Source: Hydrolagus affinis (Eukaryota). From it: DNA of 64,000 nt. The notes under the pieces were generated by a model. It did no database searches. It was not told where the DNA came from and was given only the letters and a program-made list of their open reading frames with translations. Where the stretch lies: positions 62,001 through 126,000 of the forward strand of contig JAAILG010000021.1 of assembly GCA_012026655.1 (NCBI GenBank), read 5' to 3'. This document shows positions 52,944-64,000 of this stretch, piece by piece (the first letter of the stretch is position 1; each line of letters opens with the position of its first letter). A program made the translations under genes and the position numbers.

Positions 52944-53006
52944 CAGCGCCTTGGGACGTCCTCCCGACATGAAAGGCGCTACACAAATGTAATTTTATTG
53001 TTGTTG
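52944..53006 (+). mobile_element. L2 3'-tail-only fragment
   Basis: cagcgccttgggacgtcctcccgacatgaaaggcgctacacaaatgtaatt…(ttg)n. Confidence 0.85.
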
Positions 53007-54398
53007 TCACAAAATGACCAACCACTGCATCACTTCAAATAAAAATGTTAATTAACCTAGAATCTGCCATTTAAATAGTGCAGTGAATACAACATCAATA
53101 TGGCAAACATGCTGCTACCCATGAGTATTTAGGAGTGATTGTGCCTGAAACACAATGATAGTTCCTGTTTCCATCAGCACAAGAGGAAAACTGCCAAAAT
53201 AGTGAATCTGTGAATTGGTACTTTGCGGCATTGCATTGTCATAGATGCTTACATAGCAAATTAAAGTGTTATTGCTATATGGGATGCATTGACATAAACA
53301 TATATCTTTCCGCATTCCTTTCTTTCTTTACTTTCTTCAAATTCTGCTCTACTTAAAAGGGCCGGCAAGCTTGTTGCTCTGACGGCAAACATACAACCAA
53401 CATCTATGAGGTGCTCAGAGAAGGTCCAAATTTACTCTATTGATTCTGACGACCCCAGTAAAAGATAAGAACTCACTGTGCAGATAATCATGAGTGTATC
53501 CCCAGCACTCCGTTGTGTTCTGCCTATATTTTCAATGAAGGATAACTCAAGGTCATTTACAGACCTGGTAAATGGGAAAATTACACAACAATATTTATTT
53601 TAAACTCTATATATTTAGCAGTTCCAAGATGGGAGGTTTCTTCAAGGCCTGCCTAAATTTAACTTTCTGTGGGAGTTGCATATTGGAGCTGAATTTATTT
53701 CCTGTTGACTATAAATAACAGAATTGAAAGGGGGCAGAATAAAGAAAACACATCTTATGCAGGTTTTCTACAAGTCAGTGGAAGGAGACTTAACTCTTGT
53801 CTCCGGTTTTATGCGCTAAAGATGTGGTGGTAGTAAAAATTAAACAGCTTCAACAAAATGGCCACCACTAACTCAATGCCTCCTGGTTCTTCCTGTGGAG
53901 TCTGGAGATCATTTATCAGCGCAATGACTCCAGCATTTACTTTTGGTTTTTCTTCCCTCACTAACTGCAACTTCACCCAGGAGTCCTTTCACCTTGCCAC
54001 GCCCCTAACCTCCTTCAAATAAGTTGTATGTTGTTTACTGGTTAAAATAAAGTTATTACCCTTTTTAAAAATTATTTTTCTAAATCTTGCATCTTCGCTA
54101 CCAAGTGTGCACACAAGCAGCTAAGACATCCAGAGTTGCTTTCCAATATTCTTTTTTTAAAGTGTTTGAAAACAGTCAAGAGAAAATGTTTCTTTGGGCA
54201 CACTGCCAAAGTATGCTGTGTGGAATATTTTTAGATCTAAGTACTGTAGTACTGCTCCTCTGAAAGTATGATATAGTCTCAATCTCTGACTGATAAGAGC
54301 AATACAGTAGAGTAAAATCTAACCCGGATAAAAGGTTGCCAAGGTTATTAAGCTTGAACTTGTTAAAATTACAGATGAGTTTGAAGACCGAGCAAATA

Positions 54399-54874
54399 CA
54401 GTAAAAGCCCGTTTATCCGGCACCCACGGGACCTGGCCAATGCCGGTTAAAGCGCCTACTGGATATTCGGGCAGCCCACTGTCGAAAACCCACCACACAA
54501 AAATTAAAGTTCTTTTAACACAAACCATACACAGCAGACTAAATAATAACAGAATATTGTATTGGCACTTATTGTCAAAACTACTCTCTTGCGCTTCTCA
54601 CCTTTACTGGTTGAGGTTTATTGTCCAGCGATTCTTTTTAAAATGGAGGACGCCAAGTGGGTGAAGAAAATGGCAGCGCGACTTTAAAGCCTTATTAGCG
54701 GCATACCGATAACCCTAGACTCTACTAGCAGCAAACCAAAATACTGCACCTGTTCAACAATGACTCACAAATGCTACCCCGCTATTGTTCCGAATAAGTG
54801 GAGACTTTTTTGGGGGCATGCTGGTTATACGGAAGTGCCGGTTCTTTGAGTCATGGATAAACGGGCTTCTACTG
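54399..54874. mobile_element. Tigger/pogo non-autonomous element, 476 bp
   Basis: ta-cagtaaaagcccgtttatccggcaccc … ggataaacgggcttctactg-ta; collinear with the left half of 32330-33062. Confidence 0.92.
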
Positions 54875-55809
54875 TACTGAGATTTAAAAACCTTCCTTCT
54901 TGGACATTTTTTTAAAAAAACTTTGCATAACCAGCTGCTTTAAATACCAACTAAATTGCAGTCTTCCTTCCAATATTTTTTGGTCTCCAACTTTGTTCTT
55001 TTCCAGATTTACATTGATTAATCCAAAAAACAAAGTTGTTTTTCCGATTATAGGACCAACTATTGTTTTGGAAATATCTACAAAAATAGTGTTCCAATGT
55101 CTCCAAATTCCCTTAGGTTGATTTGACACTTTTCTGTTTTCCCTCAAAAATTGCTATTTGCTGCTCAGTGTAACTTGATAAGTATATAATCGGTGCAGTT
55201 AATGATTACATTACAATAGCTGGGTCTATCATCCAATGATCTCTAAAGGTTTGTTCCATTGACTATTTTCCAAGTGTGGTTTTCTTCAGTCCCATCTATT
55301 CCTCAGTGACCGTTTCTACACAAAACTGTGTAGAATTCACAATAAAAATGAGTTGTAATGTTGACGGCTGTTGCAAATATCTGATGTCTCAAAGACAATG
55401 TTGGAAATTCTAATTTATAAATAACAGGTAAGTGTAAGTCAGAAGTAAAATTCAAGCAAAGTGATGATCAATATATACTAGATATATATATATACACATC
55501 AATTTTGTTAACTGATTAAATTCTTAATTGACGTAAAGAACAAAAAAACTGCAAAGAACAAATAGCCTTATTGGATGTGGACAAAGATCTGGGGCCATTT
55601 GCCAGTCCAGAAAATTTGCAATAAACACCAGAAAAATCAAACAGCTATTTATTTTAATTGACTTCCTTAAGATTCAGAGAATGCAACAGGAATCTTTTAT
55701 AGAAATAAAAATCTGAAACTGTATTCAGTGATTGTATAAATAAACACAAAATCCTTTCAGAAATATGGAAGATTATTAGAAATTAATGAGGCTTTATTCC
55801 CCCCTTGCT

Positions 55810-56100
55810 TGAAGCGTTTCGGTATCTGAGAACGTTAATCTGTGGACAAGTATTGCATTGTAATTAACTGGTGTAGCAAATATGTACATCCGAGTGATTG
55901 AATCCCAGCAACTGTATTTTTGTGGGTGAACACGGCAGCCAATTTGTACACAACAATGTCCCATAAACAGCCATGAAATGAGTTACCAATTTTACTTGGG
56001 GGTTTGCTGGCTAAGACACCAGGAGAAACTCCCCTCTCTTTTTGAATGGTGCTGTAAGCTTTCAAGCATCACACCCCCATTACTGCATTGGAATATCAGC
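55810..56100 (-). mobile_element. Old Deu-SINE
   Basis: acggcagccaatttgtacacaacaatgtccc…gacaccaggagaaactccc. Confidence 0.72.
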
Positions 56101-58120
56101 CTTGACAAACAATGACATCTTAATCCATTTGGGCTGCTGGTGGGTGACATTATTTATCCCAATGGCAGCCATTCTGATGGTTCCAATTACCTACTCTTGT
56201 ACATTATAATTATTATTACTTGTATTTTTTTAAAATCTTTTCAAAACCAGAGTCACTATTTTTAAACATTATTTTCTGCACTTACACAGCTAAAGCTAAG
56301 CCTGCTAACTGGGCTGAATTCCAGATGTATGTTTACATAACATTTGAGAGAATTCAAGTACAGTAACTTGCATTTCTTGTTTCCCCCATTTTAATCCAGA
56401 CTGCATGTCGATTTCCTTTCTGCCACCAGAACTTTCCCATTGGCATTAAATTGGCTGACTATAATCAGCAATAAATATTGGTGTTGCACAGACTTTCAAT
56501 ACTTACTGTACTAATTCCCTGTGGCAGTGAGTGGAACCATTTAGTGAAGGAGGCAAGCTCATAACACCCACCCACTCACTCAGTTTCCAACTCATAGGCC
56601 ATGGATTACAAGCAGTATTCTATGCAATTGCTGCAGTCACAGGAAGTACATCACACAACAATCTAGACTGCATTAGTAAAGTGTAGAATAGTTCAGCCGG
56701 AAAAAGATCGGCCACAAGTATGTCCAATGACACTGGACACTCCATCTTCTCTTCAATAAATACAAGACTATTGATGGAGAATTTGGCCGCTTCGGATGTT
56801 GGGAATCGGTGTGTGGTCCAATTTTATTTTTATGTTTATGAAAAATAATGTTTTCTAGTGCTGGCTTGCATTTCAGGAATTGTGGCAAAACAAAATCAAA
56901 AACAACAACAACTTGCATTTCATATTATTCGATATTACTATTCAACATACTTTTCACAAGGAATAGAACCCACTGATTAAACATGGTTTTGCGCCATGAA
57001 TTCAATCAATTTTTTAAAATAAAAAAGCCAGCACAGGCTTCGTAAACCAAACCCTGTAGAATTGGGTTCACGGATCCAGTTGCATTTTGAAGGTGACATC
57101 ACATACAAACACTGGCGCTCTGTGAGTGTTCATGCACATACTGTCACTGAGGGGGAGAGTACATGCACACTTTCATTTAGAGTGGAATTGCTTCCAAGAT
57201 AAATATTTCCCCTTTTTCTCAATTCTCTCAACCATTGACCATATCTGGCTCAGAGAGTTTTCAGATTCCAGTATACCATTCTGCCACTTTATATCAGCCA
57301 GCGCAAAAAAAATTGACAATGGCTCTGGATGACTTTCTGCTTTTCTGCCTCTTTCTGTGACTGAGATCAAGAATATAAACAACAGCGAATTACAATCAGG
57401 AACTCACGGTGTGCGGTAGTCTGCTGGTGTTTCCCTGCACCGTGCCAAGTTTCACTTCATTAACCCAATTCCTTACTCAAAGGCTATTAGTATATGCTAC
57501 CGCTCTGTGACACCATCCTGCATTTCCTACAACTTCAGGTGGTCAACAAGCACAGATGGTTGTCATGGGTATTAACTGGCAGGTTACCAATCTAGTGGTC
57601 AGCGAGAGTATTATATCACAAAGGCAAAAACAAGTTGCATACTCCTTCTGACCAGAAGAATTAAATTAAGAAAACAATGCAATTGTACAAAATGGTATAA
57701 TAAATATTGTGCTTAGAATGTCAAAAGTATCCTTGACGTAGAAAATAATTGAATCCTCCCCTACAGAGCAATAAAGTTGAGCAGACTCTCAGCAAAAGCA
57801 GTTAAAAAGGGCAGAAGGTTACAAGGATAAGGATAGACAAGGACAATCAAATGCTCCACAGAAACAGATGATTCATCAATGTTGAGGCCATGGTGAGTCA
57901 GCTGTGGAATCTCCTGATCAGAGTTTAATAGTATGGGTTGTAAGATTAAGACACTTGGGAGGGAAACTGGTTGCCCTGACTGATGAAGTCAGAGTTGTAA
58001 AATTAGACTAATATCCTGCAGGATTGCTTGATTACCTACAGGGATCAAGGAGACACTATGCAGAACTTTAACCGTTTCCAGCTTGTAACTAACTGTGGCT
58101 GGCTAACTCTTGGGGACTTT

Positions 58121-58481
58121 GACTCCTGGAGCTCAGTGGTTGGAGCATTCGCCTCACAGTCAAGAGACGTGGTTTTGATTCCCAGTAGGATGAAATGTTG
58201 GGCATGTTTCCTTACTCTACACACCTCAGTACTTACCTAGCAGTAAGTAAAAACCCTATTGTTAGTCAATTGGCAGATCACTTTTCTAGGGGTAATAATT
58301 CCTTTGAAAGAAATAGTTGGTCACTTCAATCCACAACTGTTAATTGGACACTGCTGTGTCCTGCCTTGTTTCGTCCACAGAACAGAAGCATTTACTTTAC
58401 AACATATTCTGTGAAGTGCTTTGAGACATGTAGAAGACATGACAATATCACATGCAAGGATTATTATAATATTATTATTAT
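58121..58481 (+). mobile_element. Deu-SINE, longer subfamily
   Basis: tRNA head; central ttacctagcagtaagta…gttagtcaattggcagat; tail and (ATT)n. Confidence 0.87.
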
Positions 58482-58679
58482 CATCATGGTCCATGCATAG
58501 GATGGGCGGAAAGAGCTGAATAGTATTTTCTCACTCTACAGTTATGCAAAAACAGAAATACTGCAGCAAATTGAATGTTCAGAGAACACTGAGTTTTTTC
58601 TAAAAAAAAGCATATTCATAGATCTCTCTCTTTCAAATACCAAGCAAGCTCCATTTCAAGACATGTATCCCCCTTCTAC

Positions 58680-58980
58680 AGCAACACTCCAGTGAAGTAT
58701 TGGGGAAGAACTGAACTGTCAGAAGTTCCATCGGTCAGGTTAAATGTGAAATCACAGTCCTTTCTGTCTGTTCAAGTTGACATTAAAGATACCATAAAGC
58801 TATGAAAAGAGAAGGGAGTTTCTTTGTATCCCGATTAACATCTGTAAATTGCTTATGGCTGTGCGTAGGATCTTATTTTGTGCAAGTCGGCTGATGCTTT
58901 ATCTACAAATATACACATTTATGAAGTGCGTTTGAGATATTTCAGCATTGTAGACCTTATGCCAAATGTTAGGATTACTA
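58680..58980 (+). mobile_element. Old SINE body
   Basis: acactccagtg…gtctgttcaag…aagggagtttct…ttgtgcaagtcggctg. Confidence 0.6.
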
Positions 58981-59277
58981 TAAAAGTTTTTTCAGTTCCC
59001 ACTCTGACCATCTCTCGCTGCATATGATGAACTCTAGTGCATTCGGCTGCCTTCCTAAAGCTGCAATGCAGATATTAAAAGCTGGTTGGTGGGGGGTTGA
59101 TGGGGTGGGGGGCAAAAAGGCAGGGTGGAATCATAGAGCAGCAGCATAAACGTTATAGAACTTGATCCCAGTGCAGTATTATGATTATGGTTACATATCT
59201 AGTCTCACAACTAGGCCTGAAAATCAGGAACAATTATGTCAGTAAGTACTATTTGATATAATTCCCCAAAAGAATTT

Positions 59278-59590
59278 TAATAATAATAATCCTTGTATTT
59301 TGCATCTTCTACATGTCTCAAAGTGCTTCACAGAATATACTGTAAAGTGAATTAACTGTATAATTGTGTGCGAAACGTGGCAGCCAATTGCACATAGCAG
59401 TGTCCCACAAACAGTCGTGGATTGAAATGACCAATTTATTATAGGTTTTTTTGGATGAATTATGAATAGTGTTTGGGATCTTTAAGAGCCACCTTAAAAA
59501 GCAGATGGGACGGTAGTTAAAAGTAAGATTTGAATAAAAAGGAAGTTTTAATGTGAGGAAATGGTCTGCTAACTCAGACTGCAAACACAT
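59278..59590 (-). mobile_element. Young Deu-SINE 3' half abutting an old-SINE middle segment
   Basis: Young core and tail at 59278-59455, then gaatagtgtttgggatcttta…gcagatggga as in the old family. Confidence 0.75.
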
Positions 59591-60243
59591 GATCTTCCCT
59601 CAAGTTAATAATATTGCTTTAATAACCAAAACAATCCAGCAGTCTCAGGGTCCTGATAGACATGCACCAGGAAGTATTTATTTGCACAGTGCGTAATCCA
59701 CAGCTGGAAAATGAATCCTTGAGACTAGAACATCAGATTAGTTTAAGAAATAACTTGATCATATAATCTGATGATCATATAGTTTGTATAACAATAATAA
59801 ATAATAATCCTTCCTCATAGCCTTCTTCATCCAACCTGTCTTATGATCCTACAAGAAATGCTTAAACCTAAACCATATGTTGGTCCCTGTGAAAGGCCGC
59901 AAATTATTAACCACTGACTTTTGAAAAAAAATCATATGAACATAGGATAGTGGAATTTGGGGGCTTGAAGGGAGGTGGAAGCTCACAGTGAGGTCCCAGC
60001 AATTCTCCAGCTTTGTTATTGAAGAAGCGGGTGATTGGAAACATAATGTCATGTTGGAGAGTTGTGAAGATCAGGAAGAGGGAAGAATACGAGAGACCAA
60101 AAAGGGAACAGGAAATAAAATTGCAAACCACTAAAATATTATTTCATAACAATCTAAAATGCATCCTCATCATAGCATGTGATATACGCAGAGACTATTT
60201 AAGTACGTAACTAAGTAACTTTCCTTGATGTGCAACCTAATGT

Positions 60244-60548
60244 GGAGTACTGCAGCTCAGTGGTTCTCACTCGGCTCGCAAGTGAGAAACCTGGGTTCAA
60301 TTCCCAGCAGGGTGAAACCTTGGGCAAGTTTCCTTACTCCACAAGCCTAATAATAATCCCTTAAATTAAAAAAAAATGTGATCACTTAATCCATGATTGT
60401 TTGTGGGACACTACTGTGTGCAATTGGCTGCTGCATTTTGCCCATAAATCTAGAGTCAATTAATGTTACAGTATATTCTGTGAAACGCTTTATGACGTCT
60501 GGAAGATGTGATAAGCGCTATATCAAACGCAAGGATTATTATTATTAT
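60244..60548 (+). mobile_element. Young Deu-SINE, full length
   Basis: ggagtactgcagctcagtgg…gggttcaattccc; Deu core; tail; (ATT)n. Confidence 0.9.
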
Positions 60549-60639
60549 AAAGACTCCAAGATGCCAAAGAAAAGCAGCAATAGCAGAAGGGAATAGTGCA
60601 CCAAAAGTAATAGCAAATAATGTCTACAATTGATGCAGT

Positions 60640-60870
60640 GCATTTCACATCAAAGGTGTGTCTCTAAAGCACTTCACAGAATGTACTGTAAAGCGTAGTA
60701 ACTGTGTACTTTATAGGCAAATGATGCAGCCAATTTCCACATAACAATTCACCAATTTTATTTGGGGGATTGTTTAGCCAGAACACTGGGAGAAACTCCC
60801 TGTTCTTTTTGAATAGTGTTTTGGAATCTTTACGATCCACCTGAAAAGGCAGATGGTTCCATAGTTAAAA
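60640..60870 (-). mobile_element. Old Deu-SINE
   Basis: aagcacttcacagaatg…gcagccaatttc…gggagaaactccctg…ccacctgaaaaggcagatgg. Confidence 0.75.
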
Positions 60871-61329
60871 GTCTGAACAAATCTATAGAGAGATCCTAAG
60901 TTGCCAAATTCCAATACACACACATACAACACATGTACAGCTGTGGGTGCATAAAGTCTGGGATGCATATAGTTCTGAATAACAGTCCATTATTCTGAAA
61001 ATGAAGGAGAAAAGCCAGTCTTATGACCGAGAGGTATGGAAAAAAACATGTCATGCAGATTGAAAACAGAACAACGTCTAAAACTCAGGATTTCAGATTA
61101 TTAAATTACTCCATATTTATTTCAATGGTTAAACGCCAATTTATTTCTAAGATTCAGGTGAAATATACTAGTCAAAAAAACTATCTGAATCCGGCAGATC
61201 ACTCAAAGACTCCAAAGTGACCGTCTCCAGTCCATGATAAAGCTGCAGTACAACACAGCAATTAAAATGTACAAATACGGCCATGGAACACAGTCCTCCA
61301 TCGCTTGGCAATGTATCAAATGTCGAGAG

Positions 61330-61429
61330 NNNNNNNNNNNNNNNNNNNNNNNNNNNNNNNNNNNNNNNNNNNNNNNNNNNNNNNNNNNNNNNNNNNNNNN
61401 NNNNNNNNNNNNNNNNNNNNNNNNNNNNN
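61330..61429. other. Assembly gap (100 N) followed by a poly-C run
   Basis: Run of N; C15 at 61430-61444. Confidence 0.99.
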
Positions 61430-63514
61430 CCCCCCCCCCCCCCCACTCCCTCCATCCAACTTTACCTGCCTGATTAATAGTTACAGAAGTAAGTGTTACA
61501 ACATTTATTTATAGAGGGGGTTAAAACAGCATTTTTAAATCTTGATTTTCTTGACCACAGAACAATGTGTAGAATATGATCTGTCCTGCTGTGGGTTAAG
61601 ATATCTTTAAATAAACTAAATTTAGTTGTACAGTGCAGAGTCACGCAAACGATGGAAACAATTTGGCAGCTCATATTCATCGCTGTTCCACGTCATAGAA
61701 AACAATGATTAGACACAACTCAATGATGCAACGTCTCACGTTTGATTTCAAAACTACCACAGCTGGTGTCTTTAATACTGAATGTTTCCTTGTTGGAAGA
61801 TCAAGCAGGGCCATTTCTGGTGTTATATTCTGGTATCGTTAGTTATGCACATCCACAAAGTGCAAAGAACAACATTGTTATGCATCTCTTTATTGGCTGC
61901 ATAACTACATAAAAATAAATGAAGCCATTTATAAGCACAAACCAAATAGAAATTGTAATTCTACAAAATGGTGCCCACTAAGCCATTCAATGCAATTGGT
62001 GTGTTTATCAATTCCCTCTACAATATGTCCATCCTATAGCTTTTTTTTTAAATCAAGGCAGCCCTAAAATCTGATTTTCCCTGAAGAACAAACAATGAGT
62101 TAAAATGACACGGCCTCATCCACACAGGCCAGGGAATTCCCTATCAAATCACAATATAGGTACATGCTCTTCTAGTTTTTCCACTGTTTGGAGATGTGGC
62201 ACATACCTCACATCAAGCATATGCCAAGATATAATCAGGTGGGTAATGGACAAACTGTTTCAACTTGAGAAAGGAATCGGAAAAGGTAATTCACTCACAC
62301 ACATGTATACACTGTTAAGACAGGTACTCCATCCAGTTTTTATTTAGATTCAAATGATTATACTCTGGAATCATGAAAGGTAGAGAACATTACATGAAAT
62401 GTAAGCATGGATGTGCCTTGATGAAAGTTAAGCAAAGTGACGAGGAAAACAAAACACTTTAGCTGAAGATCACAGACATTACAAACTATTAACAGAAACC
62501 TGGGAAAAGCAGAGAAAGGGAGAGACAGAAACCAATAGTCTATTGAAGGACACAAATATTTTCTCGAAATAAGAAATGTTAGTTTGTGTATTTGTAAATT
62601 TCTGAAGTAATTATTTTTCTGGAGTTAATTCACTGGTGCTGATTTCACCGACATAAACCTTGATATGACTGCATATTTTAGAGAATGAGGTTTTCGAAAA
62701 TGTAAAAACAAATGTTATTGGATAAACATGTCAGTGAGATAGAACCATATATTGGGAAATGAATAACTAATAAATATTTTGGGGATCATGATACATTTCT
62801 TTCCTGAGATTGAACAAAATAAGATTTCTCACTTTTTCCTTAACCCGCTCTCCAGCAGAATTATCAGAGCATTAAGCTAGTTCTCAGCCCTCTAGCACAA
62901 CCGGATGTGAGAGTCAGACTCTCAACAAAAACACATTAAAGATGGAGAACTTTGGGTCCTCCAAATCGTATTTTAGATCACCTTGCCCTTTCGGAAGCTG
63001 CACTCAATCGTAGTCTGCCTCTAGCCTTGACTGAAAATGACTGCAATGCCATCCATTAGGCCTAATCTAAAACTATAATCAGAATAATAATGTCAGGGCG
63101 TATCACTTCTGCCTATGTTGAAACTCTATGTTGGCCCAGGTTCACAGAGTGATTTGCTGAAGCAGGGAAACACACGACTTGTGCAGTACTGTACTGTTAC
63201 TTGAGGGCTTATTTGCGAATTGGGTTAAATACATGTATAATTTGCAGGTTGGCATAACTATGTGCAAACACATGGCTCAGAGAGAATTCTCTGAGGTGAC
63301 CTTAATTATGTAATAAAAAGCAGTAATGAGAAGGTTTTCAGGTAAATCTATAATCCTTTACATTGGTTAATTACACAATTATTGGGCCACAGTTTGCATT
63401 TGCACACAGTTACTCTAACCAGCAATATTTCCTAAATTCTGATGATCATCAGCAAATACAGACAGACCTGTATGTCTCCACAAATAGGTGTTATGCCCAC
63501 AAAAAGGATGTTAC

Positions 63515-63583
63515 TTGCGGCTTGAATGAAGGACAATGAACGGTCGACGTCAGTGTCCACTTCCAATACTTGTCGAGAGAACA
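63515..63583 (-). other. Candidate 69-nt cassette exon (unverified)
   Basis: Pyrimidine-rich tract ttttgttttactctgaaaag| … CAA|gtaaca; frame-preserving; CpG-rich relative to the background. Confidence 0.3.
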
Positions 63584-63969
63584 CTTTTCAGAGTAAAACA
63601 AAAGTCACAGTAAATAAAGAAAAGTCGAATGCAAATCGATTCAGTGAGAAAGGGTTTTGTAGATTAACAGGACTGAAGATAACTCTGGACAGTGTTATAA
63701 ACACATGACTATTTATTGCACAATTTTAAAACTACTTTTAAAGAATATGGTTAGCCTCTTCTACCACTTGAGGATCTGAATTGTTCCCAGCGCTCAATAA
63801 AAGGCTCATTGTACTTTTATGTCCCTCACTAAAGAACAAGAGTTTAAGTTTTGACATTTCGAGCATTTTTATGCTCTTTAAATTAATCAAAGTTGAACAG
63901 TCCTGGCACTACCTGTTCTTGGCTGGTGGCGGTGGAGTTTCACTGGTGTGCTAGAGTTTGAAAACTTAC

Positions 63970-64000
63970 CTTGTTTACCCTCCAGACCCTGCCAGAGTGG
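63970..64000 (-). other. Candidate exon 3' end with consensus splice donor (runs off the window)
   Basis: AAG|gtaagt donor on the INPP5A strand; open as …HSGRVWRVNK (phase 0) or PLWQGLEGKQ. Confidence 0.35.

Larger units (their letters stand above)
1093..64000 (-). other. INPP5A: Upstream intron (intron 1) of INPP5A, >62 kb; canonical exon 1 not found in window
   Basis: Lies 5' of exon 2 on the minus strand; no other recognisable host coding exon; TE-rich non-coding sequence. Confidence 0.75.

Noticed and set aside
1248-60548. CRISPR-like or prokaryotic defence system suggested by recurring short repeats
   Set aside because: The repeats are dispersed retroposon tails, not regularly spaced; the context is eukaryotic and there are no cas-like ORFs.
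61168-61514. ORFs with poly-X, poly-P or poly-G
   Set aside because: Artefacts of the 100-N gap and the adjacent C run.
215-63708. Roughly 150 short ORFs in the six-frame track
   Set aside because: Apart from the CR1, L2 and Tigger pieces they have no recognisable domains, often start at TTG/GTG, and many are translations of SINEs. This is expected noise in intronic DNA.

Overview
Eukaryotic, AT-rich, CpG-poor vertebrate DNA. The repeat content (tRNA-headed Deu-domain SINEs with L2-type tails, CR1 and L2 LINEs, a Penelope-derived palindrome, Tigger/pogo MITEs) points to a cartilaginous fish, probably a chimaera (inference from recalled repeat families). The only host coding sequence I can recognise is a 42-nt minus-strand exon at 1051-1092 encoding PENLQKNWLREFYQ, which is exon 2 of INPP5A (type I inositol-1,4,5-trisphosphate 5-phosphatase). 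The rest appears to be its very large upstream intron; exon 1 (…VTANVGSLFDD) is not seen. The long ORFs belong to a decayed 5'-truncated CR1 (27930-31025) and an L2 fragment (35042-35838); most other short ORFs are noise. The most interesting observations are a ~100-bp-armed Penelope-type palindrome carrying hammerhead-ribozyme core motifs, a Tigger derivative with an internal inverted duplication of the transposase 5' end, a Deu domain embedded in an L2-type 3' UTR, a polymerase-theta-like templated repair scar, many ~55-nt L2 tail-only insertions, an unexplained 30-bp inverted repeat, and candidate unannotated INPP5A exons near 63.5-64 kb. Repeat boundaries were estimated by eye.
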